The notes beneath the pieces were generated by a model. It ran no database searches. It was not told the DNA's origin and saw only the letters and a list, made by a program, of their open reading frames with translations. Both the position numbers and the translations under genes were made by a program. A DNA stretch of 64,000 bases from Nitrospinota bacterium (GTDB lineage: Bacteria > Nitrospinota_A > UBA7883), in contig CBDCXE010000002.1 in NCBI GenBank assembly GCA_965223725.1, positions 254,546 through 318,545 of the forward strand. The letters run 5' to 3'. This document shows positions 10,420 through 19,344 of the stretch, one piece after another (positions within the stretch are counted from its first letter, which is position 1; the number at the start of each line of letters is the position of its first letter).

Positions 10420-10905
10420 AATTACCCTGTCGGGATAAATGGAACTGCCATTCAATTTACGTATTTATATTAACCGGCCCTTTGATGCATTCAAAAAAGA
10501 TCGCAGGCAAGCGTATAAGCGCCGCTTCCTGCTCAGATCGAATGGTACATCGCAGACACGACAGTGTGCATAAGTGTTATGATGACACAAAACGCTGTTC
10601 CGGCGCATTTCTTAACACAAGATTAACAGGAATTTTACTTCAAGTTTATTTAATAAAACAGGACCTGGTTTATAATGCTTATCCGTAATAATGCATTATA
10701 ATACGTTGTGCAAATCAAGCCGGCTAAGTACAAGTAAGTATACGAAGTAAGCACCTCTATGTATTTGTAAACAAAGGGGTTGACCAATGCAATAGCGTAT
10801 GATAGCATGTGTTCAGATATACACAATTGGTATATCAAAAGCATATTAAAGTTTATTAACAAGTACGACAAATAACAGACAACATTACTAAGGAGAAACT
10901 TAAAA
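10420..10905 (+). promoter_or_regulatory. AT-rich (about 35% GC by eye) non-coding region upstream of the fimbrial-like cluster; probable promoter/regulatory region
   Basis: Sharp compositional drop relative to flanks; no credible ORF; precedes the RBS (AAGGAGAAACTTAAAA ATG) of the first secreted-protein gene. Confidence 0.3.
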
Positions 10906-11487
10906 ATGTCATTCAAAAGAAAGTCAATGCTTTTGGTTGCGGGGATTTTGGCTGTAACATTGATGATCCCGGTTCAAGAGGCCAAAGCGCAGGCGACAGG
11001 CTCCACAGCGGTCTCTTTCAATTTTCCAGACATCATTGTGCTGCATTACCTGAACAGCCTGACACAAACTTTTACTGGTGGATCCCTGACCGGTGTCAAT
11101 GAGGGCTCAGGCACAGACAGCCAGGCGTTGGCCACCACGGCGATCTTTACCACGACCATTACACCAAGCGCGCCCACAGGATATCCACAAACCATTGCGG
11201 TAATAGATGACGATGTCTGGGCCGTTCGTGGTATCACAAGCACCGGAATCATCAAAGTAGCGGCCACCCTGGACATACCGGCCGCGGTCAATGGCGGTTC
11301 AACAGCTACCATGAAAAACCTGGTTGTGAGAAGCGGCGGATCATCCGGCCAGAATATAAATGTGGCGGCGCCCGGGTTCACACCCACCTTGGGTGGCATC
11401 GGGTATAACCTGGACATCTCTGCTGTAACAACGTCCGGCGCACATACCGGCGCGCAATACACCATCACTGCGACGGTAGGGCCGTAA
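10906..11487 (+). CDS. Secreted beta-rich fimbrial subunit-like protein (SCPU/Csu-type archaic pilin-like)
   Basis: Cleavable signal peptide ending EAKAQA; Thr/Ser/Gly-rich beta-strand composition; C-terminal ...GAQYTITATVGP strand typical of donor-strand-complemented pilins. Confidence 0.4.
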   Translation: MSFKRKSMLLVAGILAVTLMIPVQEAKAQATGSTAVSFNFPDIIVLHYLNSLTQTFTGGSLTGVNEGSGTDSQALATTAIFTTTITPSAPTGYPQTIAVIDDDVWAVRGITSTGIIKVAATLDIPAAVNGGSTATMKNLVVRSGGSSGQNINVAAPGFTPTLGGIGYNLDISAVTTSGAHTGAQYTITATVGP

Positions 11488-11516
11488 CGCACAATTGTGA
11501 TCCGCATAAAAAAAAG

Positions 11517-12092
11517 GTGAGCTCTGTTGTTTTAGGGCGTCACTCTTTTTTGCCTTTGGCGTTGGCCGCAGTTGTTCTGCTGGCATGCGCGGGGGAATCT
11601 TTTGCGGTGTGCCCGCCCGGGTCACGGTTCCGGTTCCATAGACCCATCAGCGAGAATGTTTCTGTATCCAACAGGATCAAGGCGATAAATGAAGGCGGGC
11701 CGTATGTGGTCACGACCCCGTTGACCCTTCCGGCCGGTTCCATATCATTCACCCCGTCACCCCATGGCATCGCCACCACGGCGACAATACCGATCACCGG
11801 TTTCATGTGGAGGCTGCGGGTTAATCGGCCTGTGCCCCCCGGTTTTGGCGTGGGCAGCATTTTGGTGACCTATCAGGTAACCGGGGCCAATGGGGCGCCC
11901 GGTGTGGTATCATCCGTCTCGAACCCGGCCTCGCAGGCCAGTGTGACCGTGCAACCGAAGCCGATAAGGGTCCGTGTCCGCAGGAACAGGATCATATACC
12001 GAGGTTTTGTCGACCTGTTTGTGGACTATAGCGCGGCCACGGTGAGCGGACAATATAGAGGCACAATAACAACAACCATAGACTGCCAGTAA
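11517..12092 (+). CDS. Secreted fimbrial subunit-like protein 2 (possible minor/tip subunit)
   Basis: Signal peptide; two Cys (N-proximal CPPG and C-terminal IDCQ); C-terminal alternating beta-strand SGQYRGTITTTIDCQ resembling SCPU-domain termini. Confidence 0.35.
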   Translation: MSSVVLGRHSFLPLALAAVVLLACAGESFAVCPPGSRFRFHRPISENVSVSNRIKAINEGGPYVVTTPLTLPAGSISFTPSPHGIATTATIPITGFMWRLRVNRPVPPGFGVGSILVTYQVTGANGAPGVVSSVSNPASQASVTVQPKPIRVRVRRNRIIYRGFVDLFVDYSAATVSGQYRGTITTTIDCQ

Positions 12093-12095
12093 ACC

Positions 12096-12974
12096 ATGAG
12101 TATGAAGCGCGTTTTTTTTGCTGTATCGACCTTCTTGATGATACTGGGCGCCACGCAGGCCAAGGCGCAACCTGCAGAAAGCTCAACAAACAAAGATGAG
12201 GGTCCACCACCGGTTATCGCGGCCTCTCCCGCCAAGCTGACGGTAAAAATCGGTTCCCGGTCCAGTGATAACGCCATCAAGCTGATAAACCTTAGCGACA
12301 AGCCTATCACGGTGCGTACCACTGTCAATAACTGGGACCTGGATGAAAGCAATGACTTGCGGGTTGTGGCGCCAACGCCGCAATCGCTGGATCAGTGGAT
12401 GATAATAAATCCTGTCAATTTCACGATAGAGCCGAAAAAAACGCAGACAGTTCGCTTCTCTATCAGACCACGCGCGAAACCGGAACCGGGAGAGCATCGC
12501 GGGATAATATTTTTCAACCAGCAGCTAACAGAAAAATCGACGGCAACCATCCAGTTCAAATTCCGGCTGGGCGTAATAGTATATGGGCTGGCAGGTGACG
12601 TGGTCCGGGATGGCGTGATGAACAAAATAAGCGTGGAGAGAGACGAAGAATCAGCCACCATGTTGTTTGATATCAGCAGCGTCGGCAACGCAAATGCCCG
12701 GATGGATGGGCAGTATAGCCTGTGGCGTAAGGCTGATTTTCCCAGCTCCGGTGAGCCGTCCCTGTATACCCTTGATGGGGAAGACAGAAACGTTCCAATA
12801 TCTGTGGTAAGTGTGGGCAAGCTGCCGAACACACCGGTGCTGGCCGGGACCAGACGAACGATCAAAAGGATTATAAAATTACCGAATGAAAAAGGAAACT
12901 ACATACTCTTTGCCAGGGGCGCGCTGGAGGGTAAATCCTTTAGCAAAAAATTTCCGGTTTCGATTACGAAATAG
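12096..12974 (+). CDS. Periplasmic pilus-assembly chaperone-like protein (PapD-like, two Ig-like domains)
   Basis: Signal peptide; N-domain pattern PAKLTVKIGS..IKLINLSDKPITVRTTV...QSLDQWMIINPVNFTIEPKKTQTVRFSI and second beta-sandwich half; position between subunit genes and a large OM protein. Confidence 0.45.
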   Translation: MSMKRVFFAVSTFLMILGATQAKAQPAESSTNKDEGPPPVIAASPAKLTVKIGSRSSDNAIKLINLSDKPITVRTTVNNWDLDESNDLRVVAPTPQSLDQWMIINPVNFTIEPKKTQTVRFSIRPRAKPEPGEHRGIIFFNQQLTEKSTATIQFKFRLGVIVYGLAGDVVRDGVMNKISVERDEESATMLFDISSVGNANARMDGQYSLWRKADFPSSGEPSLYTLDGEDRNVPISVVSVGKLPNTPVLAGTRRTIKRIIKLPNEKGNYILFARGALEGKSFSKKFPVSITK

Positions 12975-13018
12975 ACTTTATATTGAACTGACATTCCAGT
13001 AAACTTTCGGGCATTGTT

Positions 13019-15646
13019 GTGAATATACTGCATATCAATGATAAACCCATCATGAACAATGCTTTCATGATAGCTCAACTTTGTGGAGTATTGATCTTCC
13101 TGGCCCCCTACCTGGCAAACGCGGAAAAACTGAACAACCCTGTCCCGATACTGGTGGGCGCCTATGTTAATCAAAATTTGATCCGGAATATCGATATTGT
13201 AAAAGAAAGGGATGAGCATTGGATATTACTGGATGACCTGGCTGGTCTCACCGGTATCAAAGTAGCAGATAAAAATGATGAAAGTGAAGAAGACATTTTT
13301 GAGTTTGCGACACCCATCGGCAAAGCCAACTTGCCCGTTGACAAGCTCGCGATGCATCAGGGCCGATATTACGTATCAGCCCCGATGTTGAAAGATGCTT
13401 TTAACATCGGTATGTTGTTCAGCTCCCTCGATTTCGCGCTCTACCTGGATGTGCCTTGGCGGCCGGGCGCGCCAATGTATGATGAGCCGGGCGATGGTCA
13501 AAAGCCTGCGATAACGCCTGATATTCCCGCGCCCGACGGCTCATGGAGCTTTATTCGGTCGGCGAACGAGTATAACAAAGAGTCAAACGCGGTTCAGGAT
13601 TCGCAATACAATACGTTGGACACAGGCGGACGGGTAGCCTCTGGCGCATGGGTGCTGGGCCTTGAACGCCAGAATGGCAGAGATAACGATACTCGCCTGA
13701 GAAACTATTCATGGAGCCGGACCTTCGACCGCGCCGCCATCAGGGCAGGCTCCAACTACATAGACCTGAACCCGTTACTGCAAAACTACAGGTTTACTGG
13801 CGGGCAATACGCCTTTGACAACCGGGGTATCGAGCGATTCACAGATTTCGACACCAACCTGAACCTGGAAAGCTTCCTGTCTGATGATATAAGGAACCAG
13901 GAAAACATAATCCGGGATGATGGGCCACCCGGCGGTATCGCGGAATTGCGTATTAACGATGTGCAAGTGGCGCTGGTCCGCATAGGGCTCAACGGTCATT
14001 ACGAGTTTCGTGACATCCCGCGGATTCAAGGCGTATTTCAGACAATCAAAGTGTTTCTTTATGAGCGCAGTTTGGGCGAAGTGCCGTTGGCCACGCTCGA
14101 TTTCACCAGCACAATTTCCCTGGAAACATTGCCCGCCGGCGAGCTGTATATCCGAGCTGGCGCAGGAGATAAAGGAAACAGCCTGTACAGCGACGAGATT
14201 GGCATGGATAAAGGAACCGCCAGTTTTTTTAGAGGTCGTCACGGAGTCACAGACGGAATTACATTGCTGGGCATTGCTCAAAACGGAGTGGATGACCGGA
14301 CGGAAGGGCTTGCGGGCGCACGTATCGGCATCGGGCATAACTGGAACCTTGCGTTCGACGCCGCCGCCAATTCGGAAAACACCCGGGCATACGCCACGGA
14401 GTTGAGGGGTTTGGCTAAGAAATGGGATGTGAACTTGCGCGGCCGTTATTTCGATCGTGGATATCGCTCCAACATGAACAATGAAGAATATGACTATTAT
14501 TTGCGCTCCTTTTATCAGGTTGCGCCATCCTTTCGACTCGGCCTGTTCGGGCGCAAGGTGAAGGAAAATGATCTGGACGAGCTGAACTATTTGAAACCCG
14601 GGTTCAACTGGAGACCGGGCCCCAGCTTTCTGGCCAGCGCAATCCCCAATATTGACGGAGAGTACAGGATTTCCGCATACTACTATTTAAGCCCTTCCAA
14701 TTATCTTTCTATATTTTATGAACAGGAATACTATACAGCCCTGTTCGATATGGGGTTATCTGAATACCTGAATTTCCGGCTGGGCTACGAAAATGATCGG
14801 GAAATAAAAAAAGACTTTTTTCTGGGGCAAATATACTGGTATCCATTTGAAAGCCAGAACGACTACTTTCAGGCAGGGGTCACTAACAACCTTGAAGATA
14901 CTGGATTTCTGGTCTCCTGGAACAAAATTGTGACGCCCGGTATCGAATTTTCGGTGGAATATGATGAGAAATACCGGATATTCGCCGGGGATGAAAAAAG
15001 AAGCCATTTTTTCGCAAGGTTAAGGGTCGATTTTGCTAATACCGGAAAGCGGCTGGCGCCGGTCGACAACCGGTATGTTAATTTTACCCGGGGTGGGATA
15101 TCAGGCGCCATCTATGATGAACAAGGCAATAAACTGAACATTGATGATTTGTCTGTGCGTGTCAATGGCTTTACCCTGGCCCAACGGGGCGCTTCCGCAG
15201 GGAACTTTTATGTTGGTATGCTCCGCCCAGGGGTTTATACAGTGGAACTGGATGAAGAAAAACTGCCGATCGAGCTTGTGCCGGCGCAACGAAGCTATGC
15301 TGTGGAAGTCGCCGGGCTGGCGGTGACAGAGGTAAATTTCACTGTCCGGGCAGAGTATGGGTTTGCCGGTCAAGTGACTTCATCTAATCAGGAGCCGGTG
15401 GCAAACGCGTTTATCCAGGTTCGGGACGCATCTGGTCAGCCTGTAACCAGCGGTATTACAGATCAATTCGGTTATTACCGGGTGGATGGACTTGTCGCTG
15501 GCGAATATACCGCCACATGCGCCCATGTAAATGGCGAAGCATTGCCGGAACCGCATCCCGTGATCCAGGTTCAAGTCACAGATGACTACCTTTTCGATCA
15601 GGACCTCTCCATCACTCTGCCCGACGCCCCGCCTCCGGCGGAATAG
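13019..15646 (+). CDS. Large outer-membrane usher-like protein with C-terminal beta-sandwich (carboxypeptidase-regulatory-like) domains
   Basis: 875 aa; N-terminal signal/TM; long alternating-hydrophobic beta-barrel region; C-terminal Ig/transthyretin-like modules (FIQVRDASGQPVTSGITDQFGYYRVDGLVAGEYTATC); gene order subunit-subunit-chaperone-usher. Confidence 0.4.
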   Translation: MNILHINDKPIMNNAFMIAQLCGVLIFLAPYLANAEKLNNPVPILVGAYVNQNLIRNIDIVKERDEHWILLDDLAGLTGIKVADKNDESEEDIFEFATPIGKANLPVDKLAMHQGRYYVSAPMLKDAFNIGMLFSSLDFALYLDVPWRPGAPMYDEPGDGQKPAITPDIPAPDGSWSFIRSANEYNKESNAVQDSQYNTLDTGGRVASGAWVLGLERQNGRDNDTRLRNYSWSRTFDRAAIRAGSNYIDLNPLLQNYRFTGGQYAFDNRGIERFTDFDTNLNLESFLSDDIRNQENIIRDDGPPGGIAELRINDVQVALVRIGLNGHYEFRDIPRIQGVFQTIKVFLYERSLGEVPLATLDFTSTISLETLPAGELYIRAGAGDKGNSLYSDEIGMDKGTASFFRGRHGVTDGITLLGIAQNGVDDRTEGLAGARIGIGHNWNLAFDAAANSENTRAYATELRGLAKKWDVNLRGRYFDRGYRSNMNNEEYDYYLRSFYQVAPSFRLGLFGRKVKENDLDELNYLKPGFNWRPGPSFLASAIPNIDGEYRISAYYYLSPSNYLSIFYEQEYYTALFDMGLSEYLNFRLGYENDREIKKDFFLGQIYWYPFESQNDYFQAGVTNNLEDTGFLVSWNKIVTPGIEFSVEYDEKYRIFAGDEKRSHFFARLRVDFANTGKRLAPVDNRYVNFTRGGISGAIYDEQGNKLNIDDLSVRVNGFTLAQRGASAGNFYVGMLRPGVYTVELDEEKLPIELVPAQRSYAVEVAGLAVTEVNFTVRAEYGFAGQVTSSNQEPVANAFIQVRDASGQPVTSGITDQFGYYRVDGLVAGEYTATCAHVNGEALPEPHPVIQVQVTDDYLFDQDLSITLPDAPPPAE

Positions 15647-15768
15647 GCCGGCCCTGGCGCCTAATCAAAGTTTTTTATAAATCTGGCGTCGGGATAACAT
15701 AAAATAATAGATTGTCGAAAACCGTATACAGGAATGATGATATTGATTTTAATAAAAGTGATTGACCC

Positions 15769-17043
15769 ATGATCGCCATATCGGTGGAAAACGTCGAAAA
15801 GAAGTTTCGCCGCGTCGCCGTGGGCGGCAACTATACCACTATCAAGAGCCTTTTTCTGGGCAAGGGCCACAAGAATAAAGAGCAGGTGACGGATGACAAG
15901 GCGTTCTATGCGCTGAATGATATTTCGTTTGAAATACCGAAGGGCGAGACCTGGGGCATCATCGGCCGCAACGGCTCTGGCAAGTCCACACTGCTGAAGC
16001 TGATGGCGGGGATATACAAACCAGACGCGGGCAAACTGAACGTGGATGGCAAGGTATCGGCGCTGATAGAGCTGGGCGCCGGGTTCCATCCGGAGTTTTC
16101 CGGCCGCGAGAACATATATATCAACGCCTCGATACTCGGCATGTACAAATCGCAGATCAGGGATAAGTTCGACGAGATCGTCGCCTTCGCGGAGCTGGAG
16201 GATTTCATCGACAACCCGGTGCGCACCTATTCATCCGGCATGTTCGCCCGGCTCGGGTTTTCCGTGGCGATCCACGCCGACCCGGACATATTGCTGGTGG
16301 ACGAAGTGCTGGCGGTGGGGGACGAGTCGTTCAGCCATAAATGCAAGGACAAGATCAACAACTTCCGGAAAGAGGGAAAGACCATCGTGGTGGTCACCCA
16401 TAACCTGGGCGATGTGGATATCCTTTGCGACCATGTGGTCTGGCTGGAAAAAGGGGTGATAGAAGACGCAGGGTCGCCCAAACGGGTGACGGACAAATAT
16501 ATGATGACGGTGGCGGAGTCTGACAACAAGGTGTTGTTGCATGACCATGAAGCTGAAACTGAGCCTGACAGTGAAGAGCAGACCAACCGGTGGGGCACCC
16601 GGGAAGCGGAGATAACAAAGGTGACCATGCTGGATGCCGAAGGGAACGAGCGCTACCTGTTCAAATCGGGGGACCCGGTGCAGATCAGGATCGATTACAA
16701 CGCCCATGTGCCGCTGGTGGAGCCTGTGTTCGGCGTTGGTATACATAAGCAGGATGGCTCGCACTGTTACGGCACCAACACCCATATCGACAATGTGACC
16801 ATCGATTCCATCGAGGGCGCGGGTAAAATCACCATGAAATTCGACCGGCTGGAGTTGATAGAGGACAGCTACACGCTATCTGTGGCGATCCACGCCAAGG
16901 ACGGCCACCCCTACGACTATCATAACGAAAAATACAAGTTTTCCATCCGCTCTACCATCAAGGATGTCGGCGTGTTCCGGCCGCCCCATAAATGGAGCGT
17001 GAACGGCGCGGCGCAACCGGAGACGGAAAGGATAGAAAGTTGA
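15769..17043 (+). CDS. Polysaccharide/O-antigen ABC exporter ATP-binding protein (Wzt/TagH/KpsT family) with C-terminal extension
   Basis: Walker A GRNGSGKST; ABC signature YSSGMFARLGFS; Walker B ILLVDEVLAVGD; H-loop VTHN; about 170 aa C-terminal beta-rich domain like the Wzt carbohydrate-binding domain; no adjacent Wzm permease. Confidence 0.85.
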   Translation: MIAISVENVEKKFRRVAVGGNYTTIKSLFLGKGHKNKEQVTDDKAFYALNDISFEIPKGETWGIIGRNGSGKSTLLKLMAGIYKPDAGKLNVDGKVSALIELGAGFHPEFSGRENIYINASILGMYKSQIRDKFDEIVAFAELEDFIDNPVRTYSSGMFARLGFSVAIHADPDILLVDEVLAVGDESFSHKCKDKINNFRKEGKTIVVVTHNLGDVDILCDHVVWLEKGVIEDAGSPKRVTDKYMMTVAESDNKVLLHDHEAETEPDSEEQTNRWGTREAEITKVTMLDAEGNERYLFKSGDPVQIRIDYNAHVPLVEPVFGVGIHKQDGSHCYGTNTHIDNVTIDSIEGAGKITMKFDRLELIEDSYTLSVAIHAKDGHPYDYHNEKYKFSIRSTIKDVGVFRPPHKWSVNGAAQPETERIES

Positions 17044-18239
17044 AACCGGCGTTTATAATCCCCTTCTATGGCGCCGATATAGGCGGCGGGGCGGAGACGC
17101 TCTGCCGACGGCTGGCGGAGAATCTGGCGCAGAGGGGCATGGATGTGGAGGTGTTCACCACCACCATCCGCAGCCTGGCCCACGACTGGAGCGTGAACTA
17201 TTACGACCCGGGCATGTATCTGATCAACGGGGTGACGGTGCGCCGCTTCATGGTCCGGACCGTCGACACCGACGCGTTCGTGCCGGTGAACACAAGAATC
17301 ATGCGCCGGGAGGAGATATCGCTGGAGGAGGAGATCGACTATATGACCAACGCGGTTAATTCCGACGCGATGTACACCTATATAGGCGACAACCAGAAAA
17401 ACTACATCTACTTTTTCATCCCATACTTGTTCGGCACATCGCTGATCGGCTCGTCGATTTCGCCTTTTAAATCTTTCCTGATCCCCTGCCTGCACAACGA
17501 AGGCTATGCGGATATGAGCGTCACCGCCCGGATGTTCGACCGGGTGAACGGCGCGCTGTTCCTCTCCAGGGCGGAGATGCGCCTGGCCAGTAGTATGTAT
17601 AACGACATGCCGAACACGGAGAAGATTCTGATGGGCTGTGGTGTGGACGATATTCTGGACGCCAGCGGCGATCGATTCAGGAAAAAGTTTGGATTGGGAA
17701 ACAGCCCATTCATCCTCTATGTCGGGCGGATGGACGCGACGAAGAACACACCGCTGCTGGTCGATTATTTCCGGAAATATAAAAAGCTGAGCCCTGGCTC
17801 GCCACTCAAGCTGGTGTTGGCCGGCAGTGGCAAGCTGGATATACCAGACGACATCGCCGCCGATGTTATCGACCTGGGGTTCCTCTCCATCGCGGATAAG
17901 AACGACGCCTACGCTGCAGCCACCATGCTATGTCAGCCATCGTTGATGGAGAGTTTTTCGATCGTGATCATGGAATCATGGCTCTGCGGGCGGCCGGTGC
18001 TGGTCCATTCCGATTGCGACGTGACGACGGAACATGCGCTGGAGTCGGGCGGCGGGTTCGCCATCGGGTCGTTCCCGGAGTTTTACGAGTCGGTCAAGCT
18101 GCTGGTGGAGAACCCGGATATAGCGGACAGGATGGGCCAGAACGGCAAGGCTTATGTCGAGAAAAACTATACGTGGGACATAATTTGTGAAAGGTTTATA
18201 AACCTGATGGACTCATTCAGCGAGATTGAAATTGACTAA
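17040..18239 (+). CDS. Glycosyltransferase family 4 (GT-B fold)
   Basis: N-terminal LKPAFIIPFYGADIGGGAE; E-x7-E motif region ESFSIVIMESWLCGRPVLV. A TTG start at 17040 overlaps the wzt stop (AAGGA 9 nt upstream); the ORF-track alternative is ATG 16992. Confidence 0.8.
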   Translation: MKPAFIIPFYGADIGGGAETLCRRLAENLAQRGMDVEVFTTTIRSLAHDWSVNYYDPGMYLINGVTVRRFMVRTVDTDAFVPVNTRIMRREEISLEEEIDYMTNAVNSDAMYTYIGDNQKNYIYFFIPYLFGTSLIGSSISPFKSFLIPCLHNEGYADMSVTARMFDRVNGALFLSRAEMRLASSMYNDMPNTEKILMGCGVDDILDASGDRFRKKFGLGNSPFILYVGRMDATKNTPLLVDYFRKYKKLSPGSPLKLVLAGSGKLDIPDDIAADVIDLGFLSIADKNDAYAAATMLCQPSLMESFSIVIMESWLCGRPVLVHSDCDVTTEHALESGGGFAIGSFPEFYESVKLLVENPDIADRMGQNGKAYVEKNYTWDIICERFINLMDSFSEIEID

Positions 18240-19290
18240 TATCCACCAGATGCTGCCCAGCTATTCCCATGGCGACGCCATCGGCAACTGCGTCAAGGAG
18301 ATGCAGATACTGCTGCGCCAGTGGGGGTATGGGTCGGAGGTGTTCTGCAACCATGTGCTGGGTGATATGGAATGCCGCAACTATCACGACTATGTGTACG
18401 AGGACCCCGACTCCTGGGTGATCTACCACTACTCCACCGGCTCGCCGGTGAATATGTTCGCGCTGGAAAAGGCGAAAAACATAATAATCATGTATCACAA
18501 CGTCACCCCCGCCCATTTTTTCGAAGGGTACGACAGCCGGGCGGAGCGGGACTGCCGGGCAGGGCGCGAATTCCTGAAAAATTTCAGCGGCAGGGTTCGG
18601 CATGCCATGGCCGTCTCGCCCTATAACGCGGAGGAGCTGGAGTCGCTGGACATAGGGCCGATCGACATCGTCCCATGCATCACCGACCCGGCCAAGCTGA
18701 AGCCGACCGGCGCCGTCGTCACAAAGCTGTTCGACGACGATAAAAAGAATATCCTGTTCGTTGGCCGCATCTCGCCAAATAAAAGCTATGAGGAGATGCT
18801 CAAGGTCTTTTACTTCTATAGAAAATATGTGGAGACCAAATCGCGGCTGATCTTCGTCGGCGGCTATAAACCGGACGGGCTATACTACAGCCACCTCGTT
18901 TCCATAGTGAAAGAGCTGAAGATACCCGATGTCCGGTTCGCCGGGTTTGTGCCGGACGAGCAGATGGGTGATTACTATAGCAACGCATCCGCATTTCTGT
19001 GCATGAGCCGTCATGAGGGATTTTGCATTCCGCTGTTGGAGGCGATGCATTTCCAGGTCCCGATCGTGGCCCGGGCCGGCACTGCTATCACCCACACCAT
19101 GGGCGACTCCGGCCTGCTGTTCAACGGCGACACAGGCCCGCATGAAGTGGCGGAGCTGCTGGGCGCCGTCACGTCTGATAAGGCGCTGCGAACCTCGATG
19201 ATAGAGTCGCAAAGTCGCCAGTTAACCCGGTTTACGAAGGAAAACATGGCCAAACAATTCAAGCAGGTAATCGACAGCCTTGGGATATAA
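18226..19290 (+). CDS. Glycosyltransferase family 4 (GT-B fold)
   Basis: HEGFCIPLLEAMHFQVPIVA (E-x7-E), RISPNKSY acceptor/donor block. Start uncertain: TTG 18226 or ATG 18250. Confidence 0.8.
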   Translation: MKLTNIHQMLPSYSHGDAIGNCVKEMQILLRQWGYGSEVFCNHVLGDMECRNYHDYVYEDPDSWVIYHYSTGSPVNMFALEKAKNIIIMYHNVTPAHFFEGYDSRAERDCRAGREFLKNFSGRVRHAMAVSPYNAEELESLDIGPIDIVPCITDPAKLKPTGAVVTKLFDDDKKNILFVGRISPNKSYEEMLKVFYFYRKYVETKSRLIFVGGYKPDGLYYSHLVSIVKELKIPDVRFAGFVPDEQMGDYYSNASAFLCMSRHEGFCIPLLEAMHFQVPIVARAGTAITHTMGDSGLLFNGDTGPHEVAELLGAVTSDKALRTSMIESQSRQLTRFTKENMAKQFKQVIDSLGI

Positions 19291-19344
19291 GCCTGCAATC
19301 AAATAGTATCCTGTCATAAAAGTTATTCCATCCGAACAGAATAA

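Noticed and set aside
16992-17039. ATG 16992 as the start of the first GT4 gene (ORF-track start)
   Set aside because: This would place 16 extra residues inside the wzt coding region with no SD. TTG 17040 has an AAGGA RBS and gives a canonical GT4 N-terminus (LKPAFIIPFYG..). The ATG start cannot be excluded.
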